A stretch of DNA of 35,145 bases from an uncultured Verrucomicrobiota bacterium (lineage in GTDB: Bacteria > Verrucomicrobiota > Kiritimatiellia > SLOV01). The notes under the pieces were generated by a model. It ran no database searches and had not been told where the DNA came from. It saw only the letters and a program-made list of their open reading frames with translations. The position numbers and the translations under genes were made by a program. Shown here one piece after another: positions 33,994 through 35,145 of this stretch. Each line of letters begins with the position of its first letter. Position 1 is the stretch's first letter. Where the stretch lies: positions 1 through 35,145 of the forward strand of contig CAZTAB010000145.1 of assembly GCA_964611475.1 (NCBI GenBank), given 5' to 3'.

Positions 33994-35145
33994 CTACGGA
34001 ACCCGGAACACCACATCGTGGTGCTGATCGACCTTGACGTTTGCGACCATCTGCTTCGCGCCACCGGGCCATGAGATCTCCAGGTCGACAGGGCCTTCGA
34101 TCAGCCCGAGACCGAAATGAAGGGTCATGTCATTCTGATTGCCCTGTCCCGTTCCGCTTTCCACTTCCCTCACAAAAACCCGGTCGTCAGCGCGGATTCG
34201 AACCTGGGCGCCAATGGCCGACCGATTCACGTGTTTCCCGTCACCGGATAATTTAAGTTTAAGCCAGTGATTTCCAGTGTCGTTTTCGTTTAGAAAAAGC
34301 TTCCCGTTGCTGCACAGATCAAGGTCGCCGTCATTATCGATGTCCGCCCAGCCCGCCTGGTAGGTTTCGCCAAGCTTTGCCACGCCCTGCTCTTCCGTCA
34401 CGTCGACAAATTTCCAGTTTCCCTCGTTGCGGTAGAGCACCGGGTAATTCTTGATCCCATAGCTGCCAGTGCCGTACACGGTCGTGTAAAACAGGTCCAG
34501 ATCACCGTCGTTATCGAAGTCCCCCAGCGCAGGCGATGCATATGATTCCTGCCAAGCCAAGCCGGCGCCTTCGCTCTTGTCCTCGATCCTGTACCCGCCT
34601 TCGGCTCCGAGGTTGCGCAGGAATTGCGGGCGATCCTGGTCCTCGGGTGGATGGCTGAAATTCCCGAGAAACAGATCGATATGCCCATCGTTGTCAAGGT
34701 CGCCGAAGGCAGACCCGATCGAGTGGCCACAAATATGATATTTTATTCCCCCGGTATATTCGATTTCCGCATCGGGAATCCCCGCCGCGCCGTATTCCAC
34801 CGCGACCTCCTTGAGATTCAGTTTCCCGTCGTTCCGGTACAGGAAGTTGGGCTGAAGGCGGTAATGGGACGTGTACACATCGGCGTCCCCATCCTCGTCG
34901 AAATCAGCCGCCGTTACCCCCCGCGTCGAATAACAGGCGTTGGAAGGCGACTGCCAGTGCAACCGGAAAGAGGATCCGCCCTCGTTAATCAGGATCGCAT
35001 CCGGATACACGGCCTCCGTCCATGCTTCATATCCACCCACGTACAAGTCAACCCACCCGTCATTGTTCAGGTCCGCCCATGCCCCGCCGAGTGAGCTACG
35101 GGTGGGCAGAGGCGGCGTGGGAACTTTTTCGAACGTGCCATCCCC
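33994..35145 (-). CDS. CRTAC1-family protein (FG-GAP/VCBS repeats plus C-terminal ASPIC/UnbV domain), partial; N-terminus lies beyond the right edge
   Basis: The frame stays open to position 35145 (GDGTFEKVPTPPLPTRSSLGGAWADLNNDGWVDLYVGG...), so the track's TTG at 35046 is internal. Repeated D.D.DGD.D(L/V)(F/Y) calcium-binding FG-GAP motifs. C-terminal NHWLKLKLSG...NRSAIGAQVRI...GQGNQNDMTLHFGLG is ASPIC/UnbV-like. Confidence 0.9.
   Translation of the reverse strand, partial: GDGTFEKVPTPPLPTRSSLGGAWADLNNDGWVDLYVGGYEAWTEAVYPDAILINEGGSSFRLHWQSPSNACYSTRGVTAADFDEDGDADVYTSHYRLQPNFLYRNDGKLNLKEVAVEYGAAGIPDAEIEYTGGIKYHICGHSIGSAFGDLDNDGHIDLFLGNFSHPPEDQDRPQFLRNLGAEGGYRIEDKSEGAGLAWQESYASPALGDFDNDGDLDLFYTTVYGTGSYGIKNYPVLYRNEGNWKFVDVTEEQGVAKLGETYQAGWADIDNDGDLDLCSNGKLFLNENDTGNHWLKLKLSGDGKHVNRSAIGAQVRIRADDRVFVREVESGTGQGNQNDMTLHFGLGLIEGPVDLEISWPGGAKQMVANVKVDQHHDVVFRVP

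Noticed and set aside
1-35145. Scan for CRISPR repeats, tRNA/rRNA/tmRNA, riboswitch cores, IS inverted repeats, integrase, transposase or reverse transcriptase genes, and defence-system hallmarks.
   Set aside because: Nothing matching these was seen by eye in any intergenic region or ORF translation. Small structured RNAs cannot be excluded without covariance-model searches (Infernal/Rfam) of the long spacers at 4686-4947, 10900-11270, 13922-14229 and 17173-17570.

Overview
Visibly GC-rich 35 kb chromosomal segment with about 27 protein genes and very short intergenic gaps. I recognised no rRNA, tRNA, CRISPR array, transposase, integrase, phage gene or known defence gene. Gene content suggests a PVC-type bacterium (Verrucomicrobiota, Planctomycetota or Kiritimatiellota-like); this is inference only. 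That content includes a Tat-signal S1 sulfatase fused to PA14/Ig-like/LamG modules, a CRTAC1 (FG-GAP + ASPIC/UnbV) protein, a GH95/DUF5703-like glycosidase, Gfo/Idh/MocA plus xylose-isomerase-like TIM-barrel genes, and five phytanoyl-CoA dioxygenase (PhyH) paralogs. Gene order is as follows. Partial secreted protein (-), then an AT-rich tract and a GH38 alpha-mannosidase relic. Plus strand: glycosidase, MaoC dehydratase, 3-hydroxyacyl-CoA dehydrogenase, PhyH1, secreted YiiX-like permuted-papain hydrolase, PhyH2, PhyH3. Minus strand: NupC transporter with an MscS C-terminal relic upstream. Plus strand: FAD flavoprotein pair, sulfatase, 2-hydroxyacid dehydrogenase. Minus-strand operon: aldo/keto reductase, GATase-SDR fusion, GT4. 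Plus strand: PhyH4, small RHH-like ORF, 769-aa orphan, RidA. Then Gfo/Idh/MocA (-) divergent from ThDP enzyme, SagB-type flavoprotein, class III aminotransferase, TIM barrel and PhyH5. Last is a partial CRTAC1 gene (-). The best candidate for something undescribed is the divergent module at 26408-33897, whose enzyme set matches no pathway I can name. Other points of interest are a PhyH paralog whose iron-binding HxD is HxY, a stop-less GATase-SDR fusion with an internal ribosome-binding site, and two gene relics. All family calls come from motif recognition by eye; no database search was run.
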